DNA of 64,000 bases from positions 9,760-73,759 of the IMG/VR virus record IMGVR_UViG_3300009171_000001, one strand, 5' to 3'. A program made the translations under genes and the position numbers. The notes under the pieces were generated by a model, which searched no databases, was not told the origin of the DNA, and saw only the letters and a list, made by a program, of their open reading frames with translations. Below are positions 54,719 through 64,000 of this stretch, piece after piece. This stretch comes from a virus. The stretch's first letter is position 1; each line of letters starts with the position of its first letter.

Positions 54719-55429
54719 TCAAATTTGCCTTGTACCACCTTCAATAACAAACGGTATCTTTGATAAATCTTTGATGGATTTACGTTGTTCATACCAAGCA
54801 TAATATGAAAATAAAGAATTGTTTTCCTGCATTTTCAAACCATATTTCTTCATCAATATCGAACCAACTACCATATCATGTCTATGACCAAGCACTCGCT
54901 TATCTATTGATACACGTCGATGTCCATTACTCCACTCACCCCGAAAGGCTATACCTATTTTGGCTTGTTGATAAAACTCCTCAAAAAATGTTTTTGCAAT
55001 AGGATTATTGAAATCAATCCCGATTAATCCCCCAGCAAACATCGGCATATGAAAGGCATCCTCCCTTAATATACCAAAGTGATTCAAGGATATATCTGAG
55101 CTCCATTGTCCCAAAGGATAACCAGAATCTTGTACAAGCACCCCATTATTTTTTTGAATCAAATCAAATAAACTATCCACAGGATGAACAGCCCAAAAGG
55201 ATGCATCAACCCATATAGCCATATCATATTCGGTTAATTGGGCTTTTTTCAAAGCATACAATTTGAAGGCGTATGGTATTTTATGATGAGGCGGGCTTTC
55301 CAAAGTTGTTGGGTCATATCCAAATACATCCCCCTTAAATCCAACTCGATGCAAACTTTGTATAAGTCGCTGCTGTCCAAAAGGATGCCAATCATTACGT
55401 GTTATATAATTTACTATGCAATATCTCAT
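54719..55429 (-). CDS. Glycosyltransferase-like protein
   Basis: PYAFK, WVDAS, HRHD. Confidence 0.65.
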   Translation of the reverse strand: MRYCIVNYITRNDWHPFGQQRLIQSLHRVGFKGDVFGYDPTTLESPPHHKIPYAFKLYALKKAQLTEYDMAIWVDASFWAVHPVDSLFDLIQKNNGVLVQDSGYPLGQWSSDISLNHFGILREDAFHMPMFAGGLIGIDFNNPIAKTFFEEFYQQAKIGIAFRGEWSNGHRRVSIDKRVLGHRHDMVVGSILMKKYGLKMQENNSLFSYYAWYEQRKSIKDLSKIPFVIEGGTRQI

Positions 55430-56175
55430 TAAAAATCTACCATTTGCCAATCCGAGGCATTACCATCAAAAGGCTTATTTTCTATGATATGCGGCAAACC
55501 AAAAGTATTGTGAAAATCTTTGCCTTGATAACTATTATAATTATGTTGTACAATACAACCTTCACGTGGATTATCTGCAACAAAAATCTTGTCCTCATCC
55601 GTATTTATTTCTTTCACTTTCACCCCAGATTTCTTGACAGCACATGCAAGGCACGGCATCTCCCTCCCTCTTCCCGATTTCTCCCAATACTCATTCCACA
55701 AAGCAAAAAAATCCTGAACTCGTTCATTTCTTTTCCAAATGATAAAAGCCCCATTAAAAACACGCAACGGTAATTCCACACCAGTAATATTCATTACCTT
55801 TTTATATAATCGAAGAACCTGTTCACCGGATTTCCAGGCAAGACAAAGATTCAAAACCATATCATAACCATCTAATAAATCAAAGGTCTTTTCAATCCCA
55901 AATCTTTGAATCACTGAATCACAATCAAGACACAATGTCTCATCAAATGGGGTATAATTTATCATATTCGTTTTAATATGACGATTATCATCTTGCGGCA
56001 GATTAAACTCCACAAAGGACACATCTTTAATCTTATCCCACTTTTTGTTTCTCTCGTGGGTATTTGTCAATATACAAATAGGTAAATTTGTAAATTGTCT
56101 GGAGTATGATACAGTATGTGCCGCAAGTTTGTCATACCCTTGACCAAACACTACATAAATAATACCACGATTCAT
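55429..56175 (-). CDS. GT-A fold glycosyltransferase
   Basis: TPFDETLCLDCDS, FNGAF. Confidence 0.75.
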   Translation of the reverse strand: MNRGIIYVVFGQGYDKLAAHTVSYSRQFTNLPICILTNTHERNKKWDKIKDVSFVEFNLPQDDNRHIKTNMINYTPFDETLCLDCDSVIQRFGIEKTFDLLDGYDMVLNLCLAWKSGEQVLRLYKKVMNITGVELPLRVFNGAFIIWKRNERVQDFFALWNEYWEKSGRGREMPCLACAVKKSGVKVKEINTDEDKIFVADNPREGCIVQHNYNSYQGKDFHNTFGLPHIIENKPFDGNASDWQMVDF

Positions 56176-56777
56176 AATTTCACCATAATCACATTCTCAG
56201 CAGATGTATATAGATGGGTGTATCCATAAGTTTTCAAAAATGTCACAACCTCATTTTCTTTTCCATCAAATTCTACACAAATCATCTTGAGTTTTGGAAA
56301 TTTGTTAAAAGGAAATAATTTCAAAACCTGAAAACTCCATCCTTCAATATCAAGATTTAGAAAATCGAAATCGTACCCTACTTGTTCCAATAAATCCTTT
56401 ACCGTAATAACACTGACTGGGATTACTTCATACTCACAACTTCCTTTCTTCTCCCAAAGTAAAGCATGTTTCTTATCAAAAGTCCCTATAGCATCACCAT
56501 AAAAATCATAGAACGGAAGAATACCTCTTTTCATCCCTATACCAATTTCAACAATCTGTATTTTTGGATTACTATCATAAAGATTATGCAATGATTGGTA
56601 TAAAGATGGTGATGCTTCCACACACACACCTCCCCATCCTTGCAAAGCAAGCTGATGAGTATTACTAAAAGTCTTACCATCATATGCCCCAATATCAAGA
56701 AACCGTCCTTGGGGTAAGCCTTGCAGGTTTTTGAAAAATTGTAGAATATATTTTTCTTCATTTCTTTGTGAAAACAT
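56172..56777 (-). CDS. FkbM-family methyltransferase
   Basis: SQ.NEE, FLDIGAYDG...SNT, LNLDIEG. Confidence 0.9.
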   Translation of the reverse strand: MFSQRNEEKYILQFFKNLQGLPQGRFLDIGAYDGKTFSNTHQLALQGWGGVCVEASPSLYQSLHNLYDSNPKIQIVEIGIGMKRGILPFYDFYGDAIGTFDKKHALLWEKKGSCEYEVIPVSVITVKDLLEQVGYDFDFLNLDIEGWSFQVLKLFPFNKFPKLKMICVEFDGKENEVVTFLKTYGYTHLYTSAENVIMVKL

Positions 56778-56781
56778 AAAT

Positions 56782-57264
56782 TTATACCACCACAAAATTA
56801 CTCAAGATTACTGTTTCTGGGATTGTGCTGTATCGATGGATGTGCTTAAACATTTGTACCGCATTTTCCGAAAAATGCTCTTTGTTATCAAAATCATGAC
56901 ACACAATAATCCTTGCTCTATCTTTCAATAAAATTAAATCTTTCATGCGCCTATCATAAAAATTATGGTCCAAAAAAGCCATCCCAATAAATACATCCTT
57001 CAAAATGTTATTATATACCTGTTCAAACCCGTCTGAACAAGTAACAAATATATGCAAATCAGAGGCGAGATGAAGAAAAACATTCACCCAATCTAAATCA
57101 TCCTCAAGGGAAATTAATTGTCTTCTTTGATGCTCGCATATTTCATGTAGCAACGGTGTCGAATAATATCCACAACCAAACTCAATTACTGCCCCACCTA
57201 TTGGTATTAGGCAAGCCCTAATCAATGCCTGCTGATGTGTAGTATATGAATCTTGTTCTATCAT
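56782..57264 (-). CDS. SAM-dependent methyltransferase-like protein
   Basis: VIEFGCGYYST, SLEDD..W, FLD, HD. Confidence 0.75.
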   Translation of the reverse strand: MIEQDSYTTHQQALIRACLIPIGGAVIEFGCGYYSTPLLHEICEHQRRQLISLEDDLDWVNVFLHLASDLHIFVTCSDGFEQVYNNILKDVFIGMAFLDHNFYDRRMKDLILLKDRARIIVCHDFDNKEHFSENAVQMFKHIHRYSTIPETVILSNFVVV

Positions 57265-57932
57265 TTCGGAAATCCCAATGCCTTTCTCCGGTTATATATA
57301 TTCTCATCTAAAGCACCCATCTCAGAATTTCGGCAGTATAATTCATCCGCACTTCGTGGGCCACCTGTCCATAGATGTTTTATAATAATTTGTGGGTTAT
57401 ATATAACCTTTTTCATCCGATAAACTTCATCCGTGAATTCATTATCACAATAGAAACTTTTGTAATCTGGATGATAAATATAACCAAATTGTTCATACAA
57501 TTTCCTCCCCAAAATAGACAAGGTAATAGTCCTGTCCCCTCCATACAAACCATCATTGAAATGTAATGCCCCATCCGTATTGGGAAAATACAACTCCATC
57601 ATCTCAACAACAATCTTGTCAAAATCCTTCACTATTGGAATCATATCATCCGATACTAAGACTAAAATGTCCCAATCAGAAACCAAATCCATCCCCGCAT
57701 TGACAGCATCTATTTTACTGTGATGAACACCAAAATGATATTTGAGTCTGGGTTTGCTATTAAGATAATTCAACATTTCCAAATTATTCATACTACCATC
57801 ATCTTCATCTAATGTGATGAGAAATTGATGAGCAATATCATTACACATCATATCATAATATGTCCCTAAAGTTTTCTTAAACCATCCTGGACGATTTCGT
57901 GTTGGGTACTTGAAAAGTATGTTCATAATCAA
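57261..57932 (-). CDS. GT2-like glycosyltransferase
   Basis: YPTRNRP, SKI.AVN, VSDDM, YHPDYKS.YCDNE. Confidence 0.8.
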   Translation of the reverse strand: MIMNILFKYPTRNRPGWFKKTLGTYYDMMCNDIAHQFLITLDEDDGSMNNLEMLNYLNSKPRLKYHFGVHHSKIDAVNAGMDLVSDWDILVLVSDDMIPIVKDFDKIVVEMMELYFPNTDGALHFNDGLYGGDRTITLSILGRKLYEQFGYIYHPDYKSFYCDNEFTDEVYRMKKVIYNPQIIIKHLWTGGPRSADELYCRNSEMGALDENIYNRRKALGFPK

Positions 57933-59218
57933 TTAGTCTCATAAAAGTAAATTGTACCTTCTATTTTTGCTTCTGTCCTCAAAATCATACGTAATCGCAT
58001 AGAAAAATCCAAATCCTCCCCCTTACTTATATTTTTGAATCCGATTTGAATAGCTAAATCTCTACGAACAGGATTCAAATGATTTGGACATCGGAGATAT
58101 ACCTCACCCTGTTTCTCCCATTTATAATAATCCATAGAATGTATAAATTTTCTCCTTATATTTTTTGACCTAAAATAAATCTCTCCAATGAGGCTACAGC
58201 AATCTGGTTTGGTTTTAATCGCCTCCAAAATCTTTTTGACATAATCAGCAGACACCACATCATCATCATCTATAAAAACAACATATTCCCCTTTTGCCAC
58301 TTTCAATAACCTATTTCTTTTCTCTCCAATACTCATCTTCCTATTATCCGTCTCAAAAAGTATTTCAACCTCATCCGTCTTTTGGGGGGTAAGAATTTGC
58401 AATAATCTTTGCAATTGTTTTTTACGTTCATAAATATGACAAATCAAAATAGATAAGGATTTTGATGCTTCATCTGTGATGTTTTGAATAGGTTCTTCTA
58501 ACACAACATCTTGCTCCACTACATCTTCATTTATGGATTCAACCGTATCAACCACATCTATTTCTTCTATTGGTGGCGGTTCTTTAATAATATCTTCAAA
58601 AGACACAAAAGGGATAACCGTGTTCAATCGACTGCCCTGACTGCAAGAAAAAACTTTAATATCTGTCTCACGTGCTATTGAATCCAAACCCAAAACAAAG
58701 TTGTTAAAAAACATATCAACATCTTTTTTATTAGTTTTTCCTGCCCCATATCTATTATGATAATGACCTTCATTTGGATGTAAATCAAACCCCAACAAAT
58801 ATATTTTCTTATATCGTAGAAGCACGGCCAATTGTAAGGCACAAAAGCCACTATTATATCCCGTGCGAAAATCCTTAAATGAAAAACCTATACCTTCCAC
58901 CCCCGCATTCCGGATTAGTATATTTGTAGCAAATGGATTATATACAAAACCAGACTTATGTTGAAATTTACCATCCTTAAATTTCATAGTGCTGTGATTT
59001 GGATTTGTCACAACCACCCAAGTTGTATCAACATCCTTGAAATATCCCTGCTGTAATCTTCTAAAAGTCCCCGAATCTGCGGTAATAGAATATGTTGGAT
59101 TTGGTACATCCAGAGCTGCCACGTTCACAGCAATCGTGTTCTTGTTAGCAAGACGGCTGAAATCAAAACCTTTTAGGCTTGGTCCCCCACCCACTATAAA
59201 AATTTCATCATTCTTCAT
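57929..59218 (-). CDS. MptE/Maf-like domain fused to GT2 glycosyltransferase
   Basis: IVGGGPSL, NSGFCALQLA, LLGFD; C-half IGEKRN, FIDDDD, GEDLDF. Confidence 0.8.
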   Translation of the reverse strand: MKNDEIFIVGGGPSLKGFDFSRLANKNTIAVNVAALDVPNPTYSITADSGTFRRLQQGYFKDVDTTWVVVTNPNHSTMKFKDGKFQHKSGFVYNPFATNILIRNAGVEGIGFSFKDFRTGYNSGFCALQLAVLLRYKKIYLLGFDLHPNEGHYHNRYGAGKTNKKDVDMFFNNFVLGLDSIARETDIKVFSCSQGSRLNTVIPFVSFEDIIKEPPPIEEIDVVDTVESINEDVVEQDVVLEEPIQNITDEASKSLSILICHIYERKKQLQRLLQILTPQKTDEVEILFETDNRKMSIGEKRNRLLKVAKGEYVVFIDDDDVVSADYVKKILEAIKTKPDCCSLIGEIYFRSKNIRRKFIHSMDYYKWEKQGEVYLRCPNHLNPVRRDLAIQIGFKNISKGEDLDFSMRLRMILRTEAKIEGTIYFYETN

Positions 59219-59271
59219 TTTAGCCCATTACCTTTCCGTTCAATCATCCTCATATACTTACCAAAATCGCA

Positions 59272-59577
59272 TCATCCTATACCCCGCTTTTCCAAATTAG
59301 CTAATCGTCCAAGGAGGGTTTGATATTGTTCATTTGTAATACTTGCCGGCTGTTCTTTATATGGTATCGGTTCGGGTATTGGCGGTTTTTGTGCTTCTAT
59401 TTCTTCCGGAGTTTTGTCAACAACTTTACCGTCAACAACTTTCTGTATTATGTCACTAGCCGTACCTTCCAAAACATCCTCTCCTACTCCCGCCTGGGCG
59501 GAGAACATAGTATTTGTACATTGACCTGTTCGTACAATTTTACCAGTATCTGTTTCATATACAATATAATTCTTCAT
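59272..59577 (-). CDS. Small tail-associated protein
   Basis: YIVYE..TGKI.RTG; directly after the tip protein gene. Confidence 0.55.
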   Translation of the reverse strand: MKNYIVYETDTGKIVRTGQCTNTMFSAQAGVGEDVLEGTASDIIQKVVDGKVVDKTPEEIEAQKPPIPEPIPYKEQPASITNEQYQTLLGRLANLEKRGIG

Positions 59578-59579
59578 CG

Positions 59580-62500
59580 TTATTTACCTTTTGACTCATC
59601 AAACACAATTACTCTTGCACTTACCTTGTGATCTTCGGGTGTTCCAGTATTTTGATCACGGATTTTCAGATAGTATGTTACAGAACCCGAACCAGGTGCA
59701 TCAGCAATAGCCTGTGTCCAAATTATCGTACTCCCCGCAGCAATAGTTGGCGTATTAACAGGCCCATAAATTTTTGTAACCCCTCTATACACATCCACAA
59801 CACAATAGTGACTCGATGCATCATAGTTCTTTATAGACATAGAAAAGAACAATTGGATTAAACCACCTGCTGATGTTTCCGTAACTTCTTGTGCAATTTG
59901 CGGTGTCTGATCATATCCTGGCACCCAAGAGGCACTTTCGCCTGCTGTTTGTGCCGTAGTATAAATTCGCGTTGCATCATCAGCAATCATTGCGGTAACA
60001 ATTTGCCCCGCAGTAAGGATGTCAGCATACATCTTGACCGTGCCACTATCATTCTTGATTACCTGTGACCAAGCCCCACCCGCATTGTTACTTACATAAA
60101 TACCACTTGAATCAATTCTGAGGCGAGTATCACCACCCAAACTCAACGTGATAGTACCACTGGTGATTGTACCAAGATTTGCCGATATGGCTGAAAGTGT
60201 ATCTGCTTGTAAAAGTCCCACATGCATTACTCGGAAAGGCGTTCGCCAATCAGCTGTACCCCCATCATTGTAGCACATCACCCATTTACCCGCACCAATG
60301 GCAGTGGTTAGGGTGTTGGTTTTTTGTAAAGCTGTTGGACTGGCTACATCCCAATAAATGTAAGTGTTATTACCATTACCCACCGCCACTTCATAAGTAG
60401 TGCCCTTGTATCGAATTAAAATTGGATTGACCCCATCTGTTTTCGACCAGGATACATAACCTGCCGATGGTGTATCACTATTCCATTGCAAATTTGTGGT
60501 AAGAGGAATATCTATTGTCAAACCATTCTCAATTATGCTGGGCGGATAATAAGCATGCAAATCGTTCAGCGTAGGTGGCAAAACGAGTTGTTGTGCTGAA
60601 GGTGGGGCTGTATAACCTGTTATTGGGTTGTTTGGGGTTGTACCATCGTAAGCATAAATAGCTTCATTGTAATCAATTGCCGTAATAGTAGCTGCTTGTT
60701 CCCCATTGCGGGAAATATGAATCACCCTGAATTTTCGCAAATCCGTATTCAATATACCAAAGTGAAATTTATCATCCTCAACAGGTGAGGATTCCACCAA
60801 ATTAGCATCTTTGAATACAGATGTTACCACTACACGACGAAGATTAAACACACCCCCATCTTCCACCGCACTGGATAAAATACCTTCAATTGCAATTGTG
60901 GTTGAATTTGAATCCCCAACAGAATCCCCGCTGACCACATAATCCCCATCGTTGTTAGTTGAATTAGTTATCCGTATTGTGTCCCCATCTTTATATTCAT
61001 CCGTATAATCCCCTGCAATGATTATTTCATTCAATGCACTATTGATTGAAGATATATTATTATAACAAGATGACACAGTTCGTTCATTCAAAGCATCATC
61101 AGCAGACTTTTGAACCAATATGGAATAGCTTTGACCACTTTCATAAGTCAAATCTCTGTCTGTTATGACATGCAAACTTGAAGCAGATACTACCCGCCCA
61201 CCAATACCCCACTGTGGCACATCGTGTTGAACATAGATAACATCCCCCACATTACAAGCAAGGGCATCTATATCCACATCAAATTTCACGGTTGTTTTCA
61301 GATATTCATTTTGGCCCAGACGGAACATTGCTGCACGCCATGCTTCACTTTGTTTGGTAATGCCAAACAATTCAAGTGTAGTTTTAATGCCTGTAGTGAT
61401 ATTGGGATTGTCCACAGAAAATGGTACTCGCTCATAATCTTGTAATTCATCCCTATATTGTACTTCAATCTCACTAATGAGCTCGCTTTGTGGCAAGTAT
61501 ATTTTTTGAAATGAATCGGCTATTATATTAGAAACATTGAAAGCTAACACAGCTGTGTCGGCTTTATCTATTGCCAGGGTATAGGTAGTGCCTTGTAAGA
61601 TTACGGAACAGCGTGCAATTTCACAAATCTTTTGCATTGCCCCCCACACCGTAGTCCCTGTATCAAACCCGCCATTGAATCGGATGCGCCGCTCCAAACC
61701 ACCTTCACCATCTGGTACATCATCATCATCACAAAATTGGGCAAGCTCATAGAATTTTACCAAATCCAATCTATTTGGATCAACCCCATCATATCTTGAT
61801 ATAACATATGGATTTGCTGAATCACCACCCCCACTAATAACTGGACGGGTGATAATATCCCACAAAACCCAAGCTGGATTATCACTCCATTCCAAATTCC
61901 AACTTACCCCATCATAAACATTGACAATCAAACCCTTTTGAATGCAAGATGCACTAACAGAACCTGATATTTGGTCTGTAGCCAAAGCCTCAATTCCAAG
62001 TAAAGCAATACCAGGATAGATGAATTGGTCATCTAAAACCTCCCTCAAACTACCCAATCTCAATTCATCTGCATATCGACTGGACGTTGAATCTGCTGAG
62101 GTCTTTGTCACCTTTATATCATATTTATTACCTCTTGTTACAGTAGGGGATGAACCGCCTGTATAAGCCTCACCCGAAACATACTTTTTTCGTTTCGGTG
62201 AAGTAGTTGTATCTGTTATGGTTTCTGCTACAAGTGTGCTATAACTTTCCTCTCCTGACACACTAATTTCAATTTTAATACCCACAGAATGTTCGGATAA
62301 ACTACCTTGATCATTAGCATAATATAACCCACGGGCAAATATCAATTCTATTTCCAAGTCATCAAAATCATTATCTGGTGTGGTATAAATGACTGGCCCA
62401 TTATCATTAGTTATTACACGATTAGGACGAAATTCAGCTTTTGTATTCTCAAAGAAACTAACAGCAGTTTGATTCAACGTACCAAATTTCTCCTCAGTAA

Positions 62501-63218
62501 TCACCTCACTATAATTAGCAGCTGGTTGGTCATTGATTTGAATACTGCCCGCTACAATACCTTCAACTGGGCCTTGACCCAGAGCCACAAGCATTTGTAC
62601 AATTTCTTTGGTATCATCGGCATCATCCGGTTGCGTGTGGACTGCTATTATGTTACCCCACAATTTATTGGTGCCATAAAATCGTGGCACTACAATTCCC
62701 TGCTGTTGGGCGGAATGAGGGGACCACCCATAAACTTGGGAGTTGCCTGTATCTGAAGTGTCCATCTTTGGTGAAGGTGTCAAAGCTGAAAGCAAGAGGC
62801 CTGTGCCAATAATCATCCCAACACCAACTACAAAGGCAGCAGTAGAACCCGCAGTGAGCCCAAGTGTCCCTGTTACAAAAGGCCCACTCGGTCCAATAAC
62901 TACCATAGCTGCTATCATTATGACCATGTTAAGTATTTGTTTTGTATCTCCGCCTTTAGCAACAATGGGCATAATAACTATACAATCTTTCTCCCTCACT
63001 TTATACGAATCCCAAAAACTTGGTGGAATTATAAGGCCATTTACCGTAACTTGTAATGAATCTATAGCATCCGGAAAGGGCATAACCAAACCATATTTTT
63101 TCTCAATTATGGTTAGATGCTCCCGTATTATTTCACTAAGGGGTTGATTAGCAAATGGGATTTCTCTCACTTCACGCAAGTGTCGTTGAAATGGATTGTT
63201 TATATTAACTATCTGCAT
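59580..63218 (-). CDS. Tail tip/central tail fibre protein (lambda J-like, with N-terminal I-like domain)
   Basis: VPRFYG, LGQGPV, YPG.ALLG, WSDNPAW, VGDVI.VQH, LSAISANLG. Confidence 0.9.
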   Translation of the reverse strand: MQIVNINNPFQRHLREVREIPFANQPLSEIIREHLTIIEKKYGLVMPFPDAIDSLQVTVNGLIIPPSFWDSYKVREKDCIVIMPIVAKGGDTKQILNMVIMIAAMVVIGPSGPFVTGTLGLTAGSTAAFVVGVGMIIGTGLLLSALTPSPKMDTSDTGNSQVYGWSPHSAQQQGIVVPRFYGTNKLWGNIIAVHTQPDDADDTKEIVQMLVALGQGPVEGIVAGSIQINDQPAANYSEVITEEKFGTLNQTAVSFFENTKAEFRPNRVITNDNGPVIYTTPDNDFDDLEIELIFARGLYYANDQGSLSEHSVGIKIEISVSGEESYSTLVAETITDTTTSPKRKKYVSGEAYTGGSSPTVTRGNKYDIKVTKTSADSTSSRYADELRLGSLREVLDDQFIYPGIALLGIEALATDQISGSVSASCIQKGLIVNVYDGVSWNLEWSDNPAWVLWDIITRPVISGGGDSANPYVISRYDGVDPNRLDLVKFYELAQFCDDDDVPDGEGGLERRIRFNGGFDTGTTVWGAMQKICEIARCSVILQGTTYTLAIDKADTAVLAFNVSNIIADSFQKIYLPQSELISEIEVQYRDELQDYERVPFSVDNPNITTGIKTTLELFGITKQSEAWRAAMFRLGQNEYLKTTVKFDVDIDALACNVGDVIYVQHDVPQWGIGGRVVSASSLHVITDRDLTYESGQSYSILVQKSADDALNERTVSSCYNNISSINSALNEIIIAGDYTDEYKDGDTIRITNSTNNDGDYVVSGDSVGDSNSTTIAIEGILSSAVEDGGVFNLRRVVVTSVFKDANLVESSPVEDDKFHFGILNTDLRKFRVIHISRNGEQAATITAIDYNEAIYAYDGTTPNNPITGYTAPPSAQQLVLPPTLNDLHAYYPPSIIENGLTIDIPLTTNLQWNSDTPSAGYVSWSKTDGVNPILIRYKGTTYEVAVGNGNNTYIYWDVASPTALQKTNTLTTAIGAGKWVMCYNDGGTADWRTPFRVMHVGLLQADTLSAISANLGTITSGTITLSLGGDTRLRIDSSGIYVSNNAGGAWSQVIKNDSGTVKMYADILTAGQIVTAMIADDATRIYTTAQTAGESASWVPGYDQTPQIAQEVTETSAGGLIQLFFSMSIKNYDASSHYCVVDVYRGVTKIYGPVNTPTIAAGSTIIWTQAIADAPGSGSVTYYLKIRDQNTGTPEDHKVSARVIVFDESKGK

Positions 63219-63622
63219 ATCAGCCGATAAAATCCTTCCCGTTTTGGACCTAAAATTCGATGGTCCATTCTTTGTTTCATTACGTTGTGCCCCCACATCG
63301 TATGAAGAAAATAATTAACATCAGGTAATACAAAGCCACAATGGTCAACATATGGTTGATTGATACGAAAAGTGACAACACAAAATGGTTCAGGTTTTTC
63401 TAATCGTTCAAAATCCTCATCCGCATGTAATCGGATTAAAGCATCTTGATCACATACTTTGCTGGGTGTGAAATCGTTTGGAAAAGCTAAACCCACACGT
63501 CTGCCCAATTCCAAACATAATCCCCAACAATCATAATCATTAGGCCCACGACCACCTAATCGAAAGGGTTTGCCTAACAAATCATCAAATACCAAATCGC
63601 TTTTTATATTTTTATCATACAA
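63209..63622 (-). CDS. NlpC/P60 tail assembly protein
   Basis: LLGKPF..GGRGP..YDCWGL, HCG, H. Confidence 0.85.
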   Translation of the reverse strand: MYDKNIKSDLVFDDLLGKPFRLGGRGPNDYDCWGLCLELGRRVGLAFPNDFTPSKVCDQDALIRLHADEDFERLEKPEPFCVVTFRINQPYVDHCGFVLPDVNYFLHTMWGHNVMKQRMDHRILGPKREGFYRLICR

Positions 63623-64000
63623 TCCGCACCGTCCCTGACCGCATCCCTGGAAAGCCGCCGAAGCGGGTGGTGTTGCCGTAATCGCGGCACGCCGCCAGCG
63701 TTTTCTCACAAGTTGCTTGTGTACCTTCATACCCACATTCCACACCTTGAAATATGAATGCACAATGAAGAGCCGTAAATTTACGTGATGGAAATTGTTG
63801 CCGTAACAAACTGGGTGAACCCAAACCAAAGGAGACACGAGAGTTAGTAGTAATGCAACTAAGCACCTCATACTCCATCTCCAATTCAGTATAATCTTCA
63901 TCCAATAAATCACTGTTTACAATAGTAATTTTGACCATACTTCCTATACCACCATCAAATTCCTCCAACTTAGACTCAAGTAATCTTGTTACATTAGTCA
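63615..64000 (-). CDS. Minor tail protein L-like (partial)
   Basis: C...F...ECGY...C.KTL.AC....N..RFGGFPG four-Cys C-terminus; frame is open to the window edge. Confidence 0.85.
   Translation of the reverse strand, partial: TNVTRLLESKLEEFDGGIGSMVKITIVNSDLLDEDYTELEMEYEVLSCITTNSRVSFGLGSPSLLRQQFPSRKFTALHCAFIFQGVECGYEGTQATCEKTLAACRDYGNTTRFGGFPGMRSGTVRIV

Noticed and set aside
1-64000. Stop-codon reassignment, DGR/retron or integrase
   Set aside because: Genes are intact in the standard code; I recognised no reverse transcriptase or recombinase motifs.

Overview
This is a 64-kb stretch of a tailed dsDNA phage (Caudoviricetes-type, standard genetic code) with no host genes visible. Minus strand 1-13167 is the head module: terminase small and large subunits, portal, MuF, DUF2213 protease/scaffold, decoration protein, encapsulin-like major capsid protein, and a head-completion gene interrupted by a NUMOD3 endonuclease. 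Plus strand 13400-50800 begins with an early region, then carries replication and recombination genes (SNF2 helicase, primase, DnaB-like helicase, beta clamp, clamp loader, split UDG-exo/PolA, SSB, UvsY, RecA, FEN, resolvase, split SbcCD) and a candidate DNA-hypermodification cluster (two radical SAM enzymes, CmoA-like protein, methyltransferases, PLP enzyme, DUF2156-like transferase). Minus strand 51030-64000 holds lambda-like tail-tip genes followed by a 10-gene glycosylation cluster. The standout is the early region (13850-18730), where each gene or operon is preceded by an RNA-processing element and the same ~40-nt leader/RBS. Four type II hammerhead ribozymes (one with a rare U3-A8 core variant) alternate with three tRNA-mimic elements (acceptor stem plus T-arm). 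All protein calls come from motif recognition by eye; no searches were run.
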